From: a bacterium
GTDB lineage: Bacteria > Electryoneota > Electryoneia > Electryoneales > Electryoneaceae
Reading direction: 5' to 3'
NCBI GenBank assembly: GCA_963675295.2
Contig: CAXXKJ010000002.1
Span: forward strand, 2,048,001 to 2,112,000
Length of the DNA stretch: 64,000 bases
Shown here: positions 29,056-38,002 of the stretch, piece after piece
Numbering within the stretch: position 1 is the stretch's first letter
How the letters are laid out: every line of letters begins with the position of its first letter
The notes under the pieces: model-generated
What the model was told of the DNA's origin: nothing
Seen by the model: only the letters and a program-made list of their open reading frames with translations
Database searches by the model: none
Translations under genes and position numbers: made by a program

Positions 29056-29376
29056 GTGACAGATGTACGACTTGCACTTGTGACTGTACCCGCCGACGGT
29101 TCGACGGGGCAAACATTGGCGCGTCAGCTGGTGGAAGAGAAGCTGGCGGCCTGTGTCAACCGTCTCATCGGCGCGGTTTCCACGTACATGTGGGACGGTG
29201 AGTTGAATGAGGACGGGGAAGAGGTGCTGCTGATCAAGACGACAGCGGAGAAGGCGTCCCGTCTGATCGAACGCATCTCGGAATTGCACCCGTACGACGT
29301 GCCGGAAGTGCTGCTGTTCAACATTGAGGACGGCCTGCCCGCCTACCTCGACTGGGTACGCGGTGAGTGCGGGTGA
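29056..29376 (+). CDS. cutA: Divalent-cation tolerance protein CutA
   Basis: LVEEKLAACVN, STYMWDG, E.LLIKT, LHPYDVPE, YLDWV. Confidence 0.95.
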   Translation: MTDVRLALVTVPADGSTGQTLARQLVEEKLAACVNRLIGAVSTYMWDGELNEDGEEVLLIKTTAEKASRLIERISELHPYDVPEVLLFNIEDGLPAYLDWVRGECG

Positions 29377-29399
29377 TGTGAGTTACGGTTGTGATGATT

Positions 29400-29436
29400 A
29401 ATCGGGATCGGCTGGTTCAGCCGGTCCCGGTTTTTG
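29400..29436 (+). terminator. Intrinsic terminator
   Basis: ATCGGGATCGGCTG..CAGCCGGTCCCGGT + T-run. Confidence 0.7.
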
Positions 29437-29597
29437 TTTGCCACCTTCTGTGATCCCCGATGCCCGCGGGAGCTGCTGTTCGCTACCGCGGACGATCCAC
29501 CGTCCATTGTTCCGCAGTAGGAAACCTTCCGCGGGCATCAAATTGTCCATCCTCCCGACGTATATTGCCATATCTCTCGAATCCACCGAGGCGCCCA

Positions 29598-31160
29598 ATG
29601 ACACGCCAGTTCCCGATCCGTACACACCGTCTCCTGACGTTCGACCGTTTGACCCGTTTCCCTATGGTCCTCTTCTTGATCATCCTCCCCCTGCTGATCA
29701 CATCCACCGCCAATGCCCAACCCCCTGACACTCTGTGGACAAAGACTTGGGATTATGGATCAGATTACGAGTACATGGAAGCTGTCCGCGCCTTACCGGA
29801 TGGTGGATACATCGCCACTGGCTATACTGATTACTATGAAACAAACATCCAGTACTGGACAGCCCGGCTCGACCAGGACGGAAACGAAATCTGGCTGCAT
29901 ATTGAAGGATCAGCGTCTTCGGATGGTGCTCATTACATCGAACCGACCAGCGATGGTGGATTCATCCAATGCGGCGAGGTATGGGGAAACGGCTTTGACC
30001 CCTTCATCCGAAAACTGGACGCCGACGGCAACGAAGAGTGGATGACCGTTATCGGAGGCTGGGTGATCGGCGAACTGTTCTATTGTGTCCACGAAGTTCC
30101 GGCTGGGGGGTACATCGCAGTTGGCTATTCCGCGAATGGGACAGCGTTCCGTTTCGACGAGGACGGGAATTTCATGTGGCAATGGACGGACGAGGATTCG
30201 CTCTACAAACCGCAGTGGATTGAACCCACTGCCGATGGCGGTTTTGTGACGTGCTCAGATCACTGGAATGAAGATCTCCAAACTCGTGTACCCATTTTCT
30301 ACAAGCTTGATGCAGATGGAGATGTCGTTTGGAGCAACGATGAGTTGCTTCCTGGACAGCCGGTTCCTGGAAAAGCGTACTGTGTACGCGAAGATGAGGA
30401 CGGATCGCTGTATACATCTGGTGCGATCCGATCAGATTCTACTGGTCTTGATTTCAACGTTGCCAAACGTACTTCAGAGGGAAACGTTATCTGGTCGTTG
30501 GCTGTCTCAAATCCTGACGGACCAAGCGATGGTGGTTCTGACCGATGCTATGAACATGTCATCCTTCCGGATGGAAGTATTATCGGCGGTGGCTACGGGC
30601 AGGATGTGGACAACTACAGCGAACTTTGGCTGATGAAGGTATCATCCGATGGTGAAATGCTCTGGCGGTATGAGACATCATATGGTGATGTTTCCTCCCT
30701 TGATCTGGGTCGAGACGGTTCGATTATCGCGGCATGGTATCCTCGTCTTGGAGGAGGCGTAAATTCCCCCGATCTGGCATTGATAAAGTGGGAACCGGAA
30801 GTGGAGGTGCTGCTAAGCCCGTATGTGGACATCGTCCCACCACAAGGCCGGAGGATGCACTACCGCGCCTATGTCAGTAACATTCTCCTCGACCCAACTC
30901 CGCTCGACGTCTGGGCAACTGTCACCACGCCCGCCGGGAATACGTATCCATTGCAACAGATCACGGTGACACTGCAGCCGGGCGGAACATTCTACCGTCC
31001 CTACGTCCCGCTGGATATTCCCGCCGCCGCACCACCGGGCGAATACACGTTCGAGCTGCATGTTGGCGTCGCGCCACCCGATGATCCGCCCGGCAGACCC
31101 AACGGCAGCCGGACCATGGGGTTGGGATCGTTCACGTTTACGAAAAGCGGTACTCGGTAA
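29598..31160 (+). CDS. Secreted beta-propeller-like repeat protein with C-terminal Ig-like domain, no CTD
   Basis: Signal peptide; repeated T.DGG(F/Y)I and KLDADG..W motifs; ends SFTFTKSGTR. Confidence 0.75.
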   Translation: MTRQFPIRTHRLLTFDRLTRFPMVLFLIILPLLITSTANAQPPDTLWTKTWDYGSDYEYMEAVRALPDGGYIATGYTDYYETNIQYWTARLDQDGNEIWLHIEGSASSDGAHYIEPTSDGGFIQCGEVWGNGFDPFIRKLDADGNEEWMTVIGGWVIGELFYCVHEVPAGGYIAVGYSANGTAFRFDEDGNFMWQWTDEDSLYKPQWIEPTADGGFVTCSDHWNEDLQTRVPIFYKLDADGDVVWSNDELLPGQPVPGKAYCVREDEDGSLYTSGAIRSDSTGLDFNVAKRTSEGNVIWSLAVSNPDGPSDGGSDRCYEHVILPDGSIIGGGYGQDVDNYSELWLMKVSSDGEMLWRYETSYGDVSSLDLGRDGSIIAAWYPRLGGGVNSPDLALIKWEPEVEVLLSPYVDIVPPQGRRMHYRAYVSNILLDPTPLDVWATVTTPAGNTYPLQQITVTLQPGGTFYRPYVPLDIPAAAPPGEYTFELHVGVAPPDDPPGRPNGSRTMGLGSFTFTKSGTR

Positions 31161-31195
31161 ACGGTAGTCGGCAATCGGTGGTCGGTTCTCGGTGG
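31147..31195. repeat. Degenerate heptamer tandem repeat nCGGTnn x7
   Basis: gcggtac tcggtaa acggtag tcggcaa tcggtgg tcggttc tcggtgg. Confidence 0.75.
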
Positions 31196-31232
31196 CCGTA
31201 GAATACTAAAAGAAGTGGCGGATGTGTTTGGT

Positions 31233-31391
31233 GTCATTCTGAATGGAACGAAGAGGAATGAAGAATCTGGCTGGATAATCCGGAAACATTTATGAAATGC
31301 GTCATTCTGAACGGAACGAAGAGAAGTGAAGAAGGTTCAGCTTAGATAACGGTCAATTAAGCCCGATCTTCTTCATTTCGTTCAAAATGAC
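31233..31391. repeat. REP-like elements GTCATTCTGAA.GGAACGAAGAG..GAAGAA (two direct copies, one inverted)
   Basis: Direct copies at 31233 and 31301; inverted partner TTCTTCATTTCGTTCAAAATGAC ends at 31391. Confidence 0.75.
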
Positions 31392-31449
31392 GTGATATTC
31401 AAGTTCAGAGTAGCTTGATATCCATCGCTTCGTACGGGATAATGTAAAT

Positions 31450-31487
31450 CGGGGACACTTAGCGGAGTAAGTGTCCCCGTTCTTTTT
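31450..31487. terminator. Strong hairpin with T-run
   Basis: CGGGGACACTTA gcggag TAAGTGTCCCCG TTCTTTTT. Confidence 0.65.
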
Positions 31488-31515
31488 ATTACAACGGACT
31501 TAAGTCCGTGGTAAT
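31488..31515. repeat. REP-like palindrome (CCACGGACTTnAGTCCGTGG family), copy 1
   Basis: attacaacggacttaagtccgtggtaat; related copies at 57732 and 59803. Confidence 0.75.
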
Positions 31516-31523
31516 AGATATTA

Positions 31524-31551
31524 CTCACATCTCACATCTCACATCTCACAT
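31524..31551. repeat. Perfect heptamer tandem repeat (CTCACAT)x4
   Basis: Read directly from the sequence. Confidence 0.95.
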
Positions 31552-31577
31552 CTCGCGACCCGAGCCACAGCCCAGTT

Positions 31578-32063
31578 TCAATCCTTCAGTTCTGCTTCCT
31601 CCGCCGGTCCCTTTTTCTTCGCACGGAAGACCCACAGGTCGCTGATCAGGTAATTGACCAGCATCCCAGCGGCGATGCCGGTGAGGTGGCTGATGTAGTT
31701 GGCGAACGGGAAGTCGCCGAGCGTGCGGTCGACAATCCAGCCGATTACCAGCGGGATGACGAACGACGCGATGAACGTGCTGCCGTGGTAACGGAGCAGA
31801 CGGTTGAAGAAGGTGTTGAAGCTGCGGCCCCGGTCACGCCAGGTCCAGAAAAAATTCCACGAGAAGTTGTGCAGCACTGCGATTTCGATCGCAAGTGCGC
31901 GCGCGATGAAGTCGGCGATCCCGGCTTTTTCGTGCAGCAGCGCATACGCCAGCATGTTGACCAGGATGCCCAGCCCGCCGACGATGCCGAACTTGACAAA
32001 GCGGGATCCATGGGACTTCATCATCGCCGCGGCGGTTTGCCGTTTTCTCGGTTCGGTCGTCAT
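31578..32063 (-). CDS. GtrA family membrane protein
   Basis: RFVKFGIVGGLGILVN, NFSWNFFWTW, VNYLISDLWVF; ATGA-coupled to the upstream gene. Confidence 0.9.
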   Translation of the reverse strand: MTTEPRKRQTAAAMMKSHGSRFVKFGIVGGLGILVNMLAYALLHEKAGIADFIARALAIEIAVLHNFSWNFFWTWRDRGRSFNTFFNRLLRYHGSTFIASFVIPLVIGWIVDRTLGDFPFANYISHLTGIAAGMLVNYLISDLWVFRAKKKGPAEEAELKD

Positions 32064-32389
32064 GCGTCGCTGTCTTCTTCCGCTGGTGGGTTCAACCAAT
32101 AGGGTTTGACTTCGCTAAGCTGTTTCTCGCAGAGGTCGAAGGAACTGGCGTCGATGAACAGGAACGATCCGCCCGCTCGCGCCACGACCACCCCGCCTTC
32201 GTCCATCTCGCGCACGTCAACATTACAACGCCGCATCCACGCAAGAAAACCGTCTTCCGCTTCGACGACCGTCGGGTCGAGATCGAGGATCGCGATCCAA
32301 TGGGCGAGGTCACGGTAGGAAGCCGCCCGCAACAGGCTCGGGTCTAGCTTCTCTTTTTTCTGCTTCGGATCGGGTTCGCCCTTGATCAC
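32060..32389 (-). CDS. Hypothetical protein
   Basis: 109-aa ORF overlapping both neighbours by 4 nt. Confidence 0.65.
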   Translation of the reverse strand: MIKGEPDPKQKKEKLDPSLLRAASYRDLAHWIAILDLDPTVVEAEDGFLAWMRRCNVDVREMDEGGVVVARAGGSFLFIDASSFDLCEKQLSEVKPYWLNPPAEEDSDA

Positions 32390-33345
32390 GAGTCGCCCTC
32401 CCCGGCGTATTCGAGCACCGCTGCCGCGAGCAATGGAATCATGATTTCGTGATGGCCGGTGATGGCGTACCCCTTGCCGCCGGGCATGACGGGACGCTGC
32501 ACCACGTTGACCGTGGGACGGTAATGCTGCAGCATGTCGAAGTTGGCAGTGGTGAAGTTGACGACCTCATGCCCGAGGTTGCGCGCGACCGCGATCGCTT
32601 TCAGGAACACTTCCGGCATCACCACCGAGCTGCCGAGGTTGAGCACCACGCCGCCGTTGCCCAGCTGGGCGACGGTTGCAGTGTAGATGCGGAAATCGTG
32701 CAGGCTTGCGGTGCCTATCGCGGCGCCGTCGGCGGTCGGGTGCTGGTGCACGATGTCGGTGCCGAGCGCGACGTGCAGCGTATATGGAACCTTCTCCTCG
32801 TAACACTTGGCGAGCAGCGCACGGTCAAGGTGCGGCGCGTTTTCCGCGATCAGCAACATGCCGACCGCTTCGCCGAAGCCGAGATTGTCCGCTGCGGCGC
32901 GTTTCGCGGCTTCATTGACCAGCGCGGCGGTGTCTGCGGCCATCCCGAACGAGCCGTCGGTGAGCTGCTCGGCGACTTCCTCGGAGGTGTGGCCGAAGCG
33001 GGCGAGTTCGGTATCATGGATCGCGGCGGAGCCGTTGGACGCGAGGTGCGTGATGAATCCGCGCTGCACGAGGTCGATCAGGATCGGCGCGCAGCCGGTT
33101 TTGATCACATGCCCGCCGATCATCGCGATCACCGGTTTGTTCGCGGATTTGGCGGCGACGATAGCGCGTGCGACCGCTTTCAGGTCGGCAGCCTTGAGGA
33201 TGTTGGGCAATCCGTCCAGCCAGTCGCGCACGCTCATCCCGGCGCGCGGCGGGAAGGCTTCCATTTTCGTCGCGACCTTGGACTGCCGGTCGCTGGCGGA
33301 GTAGGTGCGCAGCTTGCCGAGGTCGATCTCGGGGTAACGGCTCAT
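32386..33345 (-). CDS. Deoxyhypusine-synthase-fold-like conserved protein
   Basis: GGHVIKTG, LASNGSAAIHD.E, HVALGTDIVH, LNLGSSVVMPEVFLKA, GHHEIMIPLL. Confidence 0.7.
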   Translation of the reverse strand: MSRYPEIDLGKLRTYSASDRQSKVATKMEAFPPRAGMSVRDWLDGLPNILKAADLKAVARAIVAAKSANKPVIAMIGGHVIKTGCAPILIDLVQRGFITHLASNGSAAIHDTELARFGHTSEEVAEQLTDGSFGMAADTAALVNEAAKRAAADNLGFGEAVGMLLIAENAPHLDRALLAKCYEEKVPYTLHVALGTDIVHQHPTADGAAIGTASLHDFRIYTATVAQLGNGGVVLNLGSSVVMPEVFLKAIAVARNLGHEVVNFTTANFDMLQHYRPTVNVVQRPVMPGGKGYAITGHHEIMIPLLAAAVLEYAGEGDS

Positions 33346-33714
33346 GCGGTTCCTCGCTGTTTGCTGGCGGCAAGGTACGCATGGGGGAGGGTTGAGACGA
33401 GCGGGGTGGAGAAAAACTACCGCCGATTGGTATTACCCAACCGGCGGTATCCCCTGGCCTACCGACCGAAGACGGAGCCCTTGCTCACAATCCACGCTCT
33501 TGGGGACCGATCCACCCAACGCGTTCGTAAGCAAACTTAATGTCAATCAGTGCGGTACCTCCGCTGCTGATGGCTTACGTCGTCGTTTGTCATGGATCAC
33601 GATTGTCGAGGGCGTTGCGTTGATGGGTTTGTATCGTTGTCCACCCGTCATGGTCAACGTAACAAGGGTTCCCCTCGTGTGCGTTGCCCTCAACTCATCG
33701 CTTGTCCTACCCTT

Positions 33715-33741
33715 TCTTCGGCAAACAGGCAGGGATCTTTA
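33715..33741 (-). promoter_or_regulatory. Sigma28 (FliA)-type promoter candidate
   Basis: Minus strand TAAA-gatccctgcctgttt (15 nt)-GCCGAAGA versus consensus TAAA-N15-GCCGATAA. Confidence 0.55.
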
Positions 33742-33909
33742 GCGGTTTTGGTAGCTTCGACTCCTCGTAACATCAAAGAAAACTTAGAGTTTCACTCGAG
33801 TCTGGCGGAAAAATTAAAGTGACTCCGGATTTTTTGCAATCGGTGCTTTAAGTTTTTCTCAGGAAGCTGTTGACGTGAATTTTCTGCGGGGAGAGACGGA
33901 GGACTCTCG

Positions 33910-33944
33910 TGAGCGATGAGCCGTGAGCAATGAGCGGTGAGCAA
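33910..33944. repeat. Heptamer tandem repeat TGAGCnn x5
   Basis: tgagcga tgagccg tgagcaa tgagcgg tgagcaa. Confidence 0.85.
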
Positions 33945-34153
33945 CTGAAAAACCGCCGTCGCAGAAGACGTCAGACCTACCGCCGCCCGGCGACCGCCGT
34001 TTGACCACAACCTCCTGAGTTCAGATTGCTCAAATCCCGCACTCAGGTTGCGGGCGGGACAGGGGTGCTGTACTTTTGCGGGTCGCTGGATGGAACGTGC
34101 CGGTAACGGATGGTCGTTGCCCGTAGATCGAGCCTGTAGATAGAGAGAGACTG

Positions 34154-35437
34154 ATGGCCAACTTGTACGATGTGCTGAAGGAACGTGGTTTCGTTGAGCA
34201 ATGCACGGACGAAGACGGTGTGCGCGACTGGTTGAACACGCCGGGCCGTGCGGTCTATGTCGGGTTCGATCCGACGGCGGACAGCCTGCACTTGGGTAGC
34301 ATGATCCCGCTACTCGGGTTGGTGCATGTGCAGCTCGCGGGTCACAAGGCGCTGGCGATTGCCGGCGGTGCGACGGGCATGGTTGGCGATCCCTCCGGTA
34401 AGTCCAGCGAACGCTCGTTTCTCAATGAAGAAGATCTTGCGCACAACCTCGAGGGCATCAAGCGGCAACTGGCGCAGTTCCTCGACCTTGAGGATTCCGA
34501 CAAGGCTCCCGGTGCGAAGGTGTTGAACAACGCCGACTGGACGGTCAACATCAGCCTGATCGAATGGTTGCGTGGGATCGGCAAGATGGTCACGGTCAAC
34601 ACGATGATGGCGAAGGAAAGTGTCAAGCGCCGTCTCGAGGATCACGACCAGGGCCTGAGCTACACCGAGTTCACGTACATGCTGCTGCAGGCATGGGACT
34701 TCGTCTACCTCTATGAAACCGAGGGCTGCCAGGTGCAGATGGGCGGCTCGGACCAGTGGGGCAACATCACCACCGGCATCGACCTCATCCGCCGGCGTGG
34801 TGGGGAGCAGGGCTACGGGATCACGTTCCCATTACTGACCACGGCAAGCGGTGCGAAGTTCGGCAAGTCGGAGGGCAACGCGATCTGGCTCGACCCGCAA
34901 CGGACCAGCGTATGGGATTTTTATCAGTACCTGATCCGCACGGACGACCGCGACGTGATCAAGCACCTGAAGCTTTTCACGTTCCTCCCATTGTCGGAGA
35001 TCGCCGAACTGGAGAAGCAGCACGAAGAAAATCCGGGTGCCCGTGTCGCGCACAAGCGGCTGGCGTGGGAGGTGACGGCGTTGGTTCATGGTAGCGTGCA
35101 GGCGGACCGGATGGTCGCCGGTGCGGAGGCGTTGTACGCCGGCCGGTTGGACGAACTGGACGCTGATCTGATCCACCAGGTGTTCAAGGAAGGACCGACA
35201 TTTGAGCTGTCCCGCCAGCAGTTGGTGGACGGAGTCGAGTTGATTGATCTGGTGGCGGAGAGCGGATTGCTGAAGAGCAAGGGCGAGGCTCGCCGAATGT
35301 TGAAGCAGAATGCGCTGTATGTCAACGACCAGCGGGCTTCAGACGGCCGGGTTGTCAATGAGAATGACCTGTTGCCGAGTGGAGTTGTTGTGCTGCGCAA
35401 GGGAAAACGGGACTACCTGTTGGTGAAGATTGTGTAA
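34154..35437 (+). CDS. tyrS: Tyrosine--tRNA ligase
   Basis: GFDPTADSLHLG, QMGGSDQWGNI, KFGKS, C-terminal S4 domain. Confidence 0.97.
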   Translation: MANLYDVLKERGFVEQCTDEDGVRDWLNTPGRAVYVGFDPTADSLHLGSMIPLLGLVHVQLAGHKALAIAGGATGMVGDPSGKSSERSFLNEEDLAHNLEGIKRQLAQFLDLEDSDKAPGAKVLNNADWTVNISLIEWLRGIGKMVTVNTMMAKESVKRRLEDHDQGLSYTEFTYMLLQAWDFVYLYETEGCQVQMGGSDQWGNITTGIDLIRRRGGEQGYGITFPLLTTASGAKFGKSEGNAIWLDPQRTSVWDFYQYLIRTDDRDVIKHLKLFTFLPLSEIAELEKQHEENPGARVAHKRLAWEVTALVHGSVQADRMVAGAEALYAGRLDELDADLIHQVFKEGPTFELSRQQLVDGVELIDLVAESGLLKSKGEARRMLKQNALYVNDQRASDGRVVNENDLLPSGVVVLRKGKRDYLLVKIV

Positions 35438-35473
35438 GGGCGTGCGGGTTAGCTCGCATGGCTCAACGCAGTC

Positions 35474-35502
35474 TTGACAGATTGCCGGTCCGCAGCTATC
35501 TT
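35474..35502 (+). promoter_or_regulatory. Sigma70-type promoter upstream of spoVG
   Basis: TTGACA-N17-TATCTT. Confidence 0.65.
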
Positions 35503-35861
35503 CACAACTCGTGTCAATTCCGGGAATTGCCGTCCCGGAATTGTTATTTGCAGATGCAAGTGATCGTCTCGAGCCCGCGTGGTTGGTGTGTTTTTCCATG
35601 CCTGGATGGGCTCGTTTGCTTTGCACATGGGGATGGAAACTCGTACCTTGCGCAGGATAAGCCGGGAGGGGGGTAGTAAGCCACATGGCGACCCGGCGCA
35701 TGGGACAGCGATCCGTCACGGCTTAGGGGTAGGCCGGTCGGCGAAGAGCATCGTGCCATCCACAGTCAAACCTGGTGGTCCGCGTGCTGCTGGCAGTATG
35801 GCGGAAAGTACGCTGAACACGGTTCACTGTATGCCGGTGGACGGTGTTCAAGGGGAGTTCA

Positions 35862-36155
35862 ATGAGAATTACTGAGATTAACATCAACTTGCGGGATGAA
35901 GACAAGCTGAAAGCGTTTGTCAACATCACGTTTGATGATGTGTTCGTCGTCCGTGGGCTGAAGATTATTGAAGGCGGGCAGGGTTTGTTTGTCTGCATGC
36001 CTTCGCGGAAACTGGTTGATGGGACGTACAAGGACATCGCACATCCAATCGACAATGATTTCCGCAATGACATTGAGAACAAGATTCTCGAGGTGTACGG
36101 GCGGCTGCGCGATCAGAACATGTCGGGCATGCACCGGGTTCTGGACATTCCGTAG
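35862..36155 (+). CDS. spoVG: SpoVG family nucleic-acid-binding regulator
   Basis: MRITEI..KLKAFVNITFDDVFVVRGLKIIEG..GLFVCMPSRK..YKDIAHPI. Confidence 0.93.
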   Translation: MRITEININLRDEDKLKAFVNITFDDVFVVRGLKIIEGGQGLFVCMPSRKLVDGTYKDIAHPIDNDFRNDIENKILEVYGRLRDQNMSGMHRVLDIP

Positions 36156-36254
36156 GAGATCAATTCGCGCCAGAGTTAGCGGCGTGGTTGACAGATAGAC
36201 GGCGGCGTGACGGGATTCTTGTCGTAACTGTCACAGTCACGGCTTGCCGGTCAC

Positions 36255-36327
36255 TGGGGTGTCGCCAAGTGGCTAAGGCAGCGGTTTTTGGGGCCGCCAT
36301 TCGCAGGTTCGAATCCTGCCACCCCAG
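36255..36327 (+). tRNA. tRNA-Gln(UUG), CCA not encoded
   Basis: TGGGGTG/CACCCCA acceptor stem, anticodon loop TTTTGGG, GGTTCGAATCC T-arm. Confidence 0.93.
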
Positions 36328-36342
36328 CTGGGAGATAGCGTA

Positions 36343-37293
36343 GTGATCTCGGGCATCAGTCACCAGATCAAGATCTTTACCGGCAGTGCTCATCCGGCGT
36401 TGGCACAACGGATCGCCGATTATATCGGCATCCCGATGGGCAAGGCGGAAGTAGGCCGGTTCAGTGACGGTGAGATTTCGGTCAAGATCCACGAAAACAT
36501 TCGTGGATGGGATGTGTTTATCATCCAGCCGACGTTCCCGCCGGGTGACAATCTGCTCGAGTTGTTGATTCTGCTGGATGCCTGCCGTCGCGCTTCGGCG
36601 AAGCGAATAACGGCAGTCATTCCGTACTTTGGATTTGCGCGGCAGGACCGTAAGGACGAGTCGCGCGTTCCGATCACCGCGAAATTGACGGCGAATCTGA
36701 TCACTGCCGCCGGCGCGGACCGTGTGCTGACGATGGATCTGCACAGTGCGCAGATTCAGGGCTTCTTTGATATTCCGCTGGACCACATTTACGGGTCGGC
36801 GGTGTTGATTCCGGAGTTTCAGCAGCAGCGGTTCAAGGATCTGACCGTTGTGTCGCCGGACGTTGGCGGAATCAAGCTGGCTCGTGCGTATGCCCACCGT
36901 CTTGAGGCGGAGCTGGGCATTGTTGATAAGCGCCGCATCCGTGCCAATGTGGCCGAAGCGATGAATGTGCTCGGACCGGTTGAGGGACGGACGTGTCTGC
37001 TTGTGGACGATATGGTGGACACGGCTGGCACTCTCTGCGAGGCGTCTCGCGCCTTGAAAGATGCAGGTGCGGAGCGCATCTTCGCGGCATGTGTACATCC
37101 GATGTTAAGCGGGCCGGCTCTGGAACGGTTGAAGAGTAGCCCGATAGAAAAGCTGTTTGTGTTGGATACGATCCCGAAGCGTGACGATCAGGCCGGACAG
37201 GACTGGATCGAACGATTGGGAGTTGAGGAAGTGTTCGCGGAAGCGATTTTGCGCATTTACCGCGAAGAATCGATCAGCAGTTTGTTCGTTTGA
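36343..37293 (+). CDS. prs: Ribose-phosphate pyrophosphokinase
   Basis: FSDGEI, PYFGFARQDRK, MDLHSAQIQGFF, VSPDVGG, VDDMVDTAGT. Confidence 0.97.
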   Translation: MISGISHQIKIFTGSAHPALAQRIADYIGIPMGKAEVGRFSDGEISVKIHENIRGWDVFIIQPTFPPGDNLLELLILLDACRRASAKRITAVIPYFGFARQDRKDESRVPITAKLTANLITAAGADRVLTMDLHSAQIQGFFDIPLDHIYGSAVLIPEFQQQRFKDLTVVSPDVGGIKLARAYAHRLEAELGIVDKRRIRANVAEAMNVLGPVEGRTCLLVDDMVDTAGTLCEASRALKDAGAERIFAACVHPMLSGPALERLKSSPIEKLFVLDTIPKRDDQAGQDWIERLGVEEVFAEAILRIYREESISSLFV

Positions 37294-37306
37294 GAGGAAG
37301 TTAGAC

Positions 37307-37999
37307 GTGGCTGAAACCCAGATTACAACCCTTGCAGCGCATCTTCGCGAATCGCGCGGCAAGCAGGCGGCGAAGCACATGCGGCAGGATGGGCGTGTGC
37401 CGGCCGTACTTTATCATGCCAACGATGACAAGACGGTCACGTCGATCGCCTTGGATTTCGACGAAAAAGACATCCGCAACCTGGTTGCTCATCGTACAAC
37501 CTTGCTCAGCGTCAGCTGGGGCGAGAGCGACGATGAGTCCCGTGAGTGCATCCTGCGTGAGGTGCAGCGTCACCCGGTAACGCAGATTCCGATGCACCTC
37601 GACCTGCTGGGGATCAAGCGCGGTGTGAAGATGGATTCCACGGTGCGTATCGTTCTGGAAGGTACCCCGGTTGGTGTCAAGGACGAGGGTGGTATCCTCC
37701 AGCAGATCATGTACGAGTTCAACATCTCCTGTCTGCCGCGACACCTGCTCAATGAGTTCGTGATCGACGTGTCGGAGATGAAGCTCGGCGACTCGCTGCA
37801 CGTTTCGGATATTGAGATCGAAGACATCGAGATTAACGACGACCCGGCGCGTACGATCGTGACTGTTGTGATGCCGCGTGTCATCGAAGAGCCGACCGAT
37901 GCGGAAGAGGAAGGCGAAGAAGGTGAAGCCGCTGAAGGTGAAGAGGGTGAAGGCGGCGAAGACGGAGCCGAGGGTGGTTCCGAAGGAGACGAGGAGTAA
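37307..37999 (+). CDS. rplY: 50S ribosomal protein bL25/Ctc with acidic tail
   Basis: GK.AAK.MR..G.VPAVLY, EVQRHPV, HLD, G.PVGVK..GGILQ. Confidence 0.93.
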   Translation: MAETQITTLAAHLRESRGKQAAKHMRQDGRVPAVLYHANDDKTVTSIALDFDEKDIRNLVAHRTTLLSVSWGESDDESRECILREVQRHPVTQIPMHLDLLGIKRGVKMDSTVRIVLEGTPVGVKDEGGILQQIMYEFNISCLPRHLLNEFVIDVSEMKLGDSLHVSDIEIEDIEINDDPARTIVTVVMPRVIEEPTDAEEEGEEGEAAEGEEGEGGEDGAEGGSEGDEE

Positions 38000-38002
38000 C
38001 TT

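Noticed and set aside
31147-31560. Repeat-rich patch as a CRISPR array
   Set aside because: Only two direct copies, non-identical, with an inverted partner; no regular spacers; no cas genes
33700-33780. c-di-GMP-I riboswitch (GGCAAAC motif present)
   Set aside because: The GAAA tetraloop/receptor and second hairpin are missing; the sigma28 promoter reading on the minus strand fits better
33780-34153. T-box riboswitch upstream of tyrS
   Set aside because: No T-box consensus (GGTGG.ACCGCG) or terminator/antiterminator seen
36255-36327. tRNA-Gln as an integration site
   Set aside because: No integrase or duplicated tRNA 3' end seen; flanks are the conserved spoVG-prs arrangement
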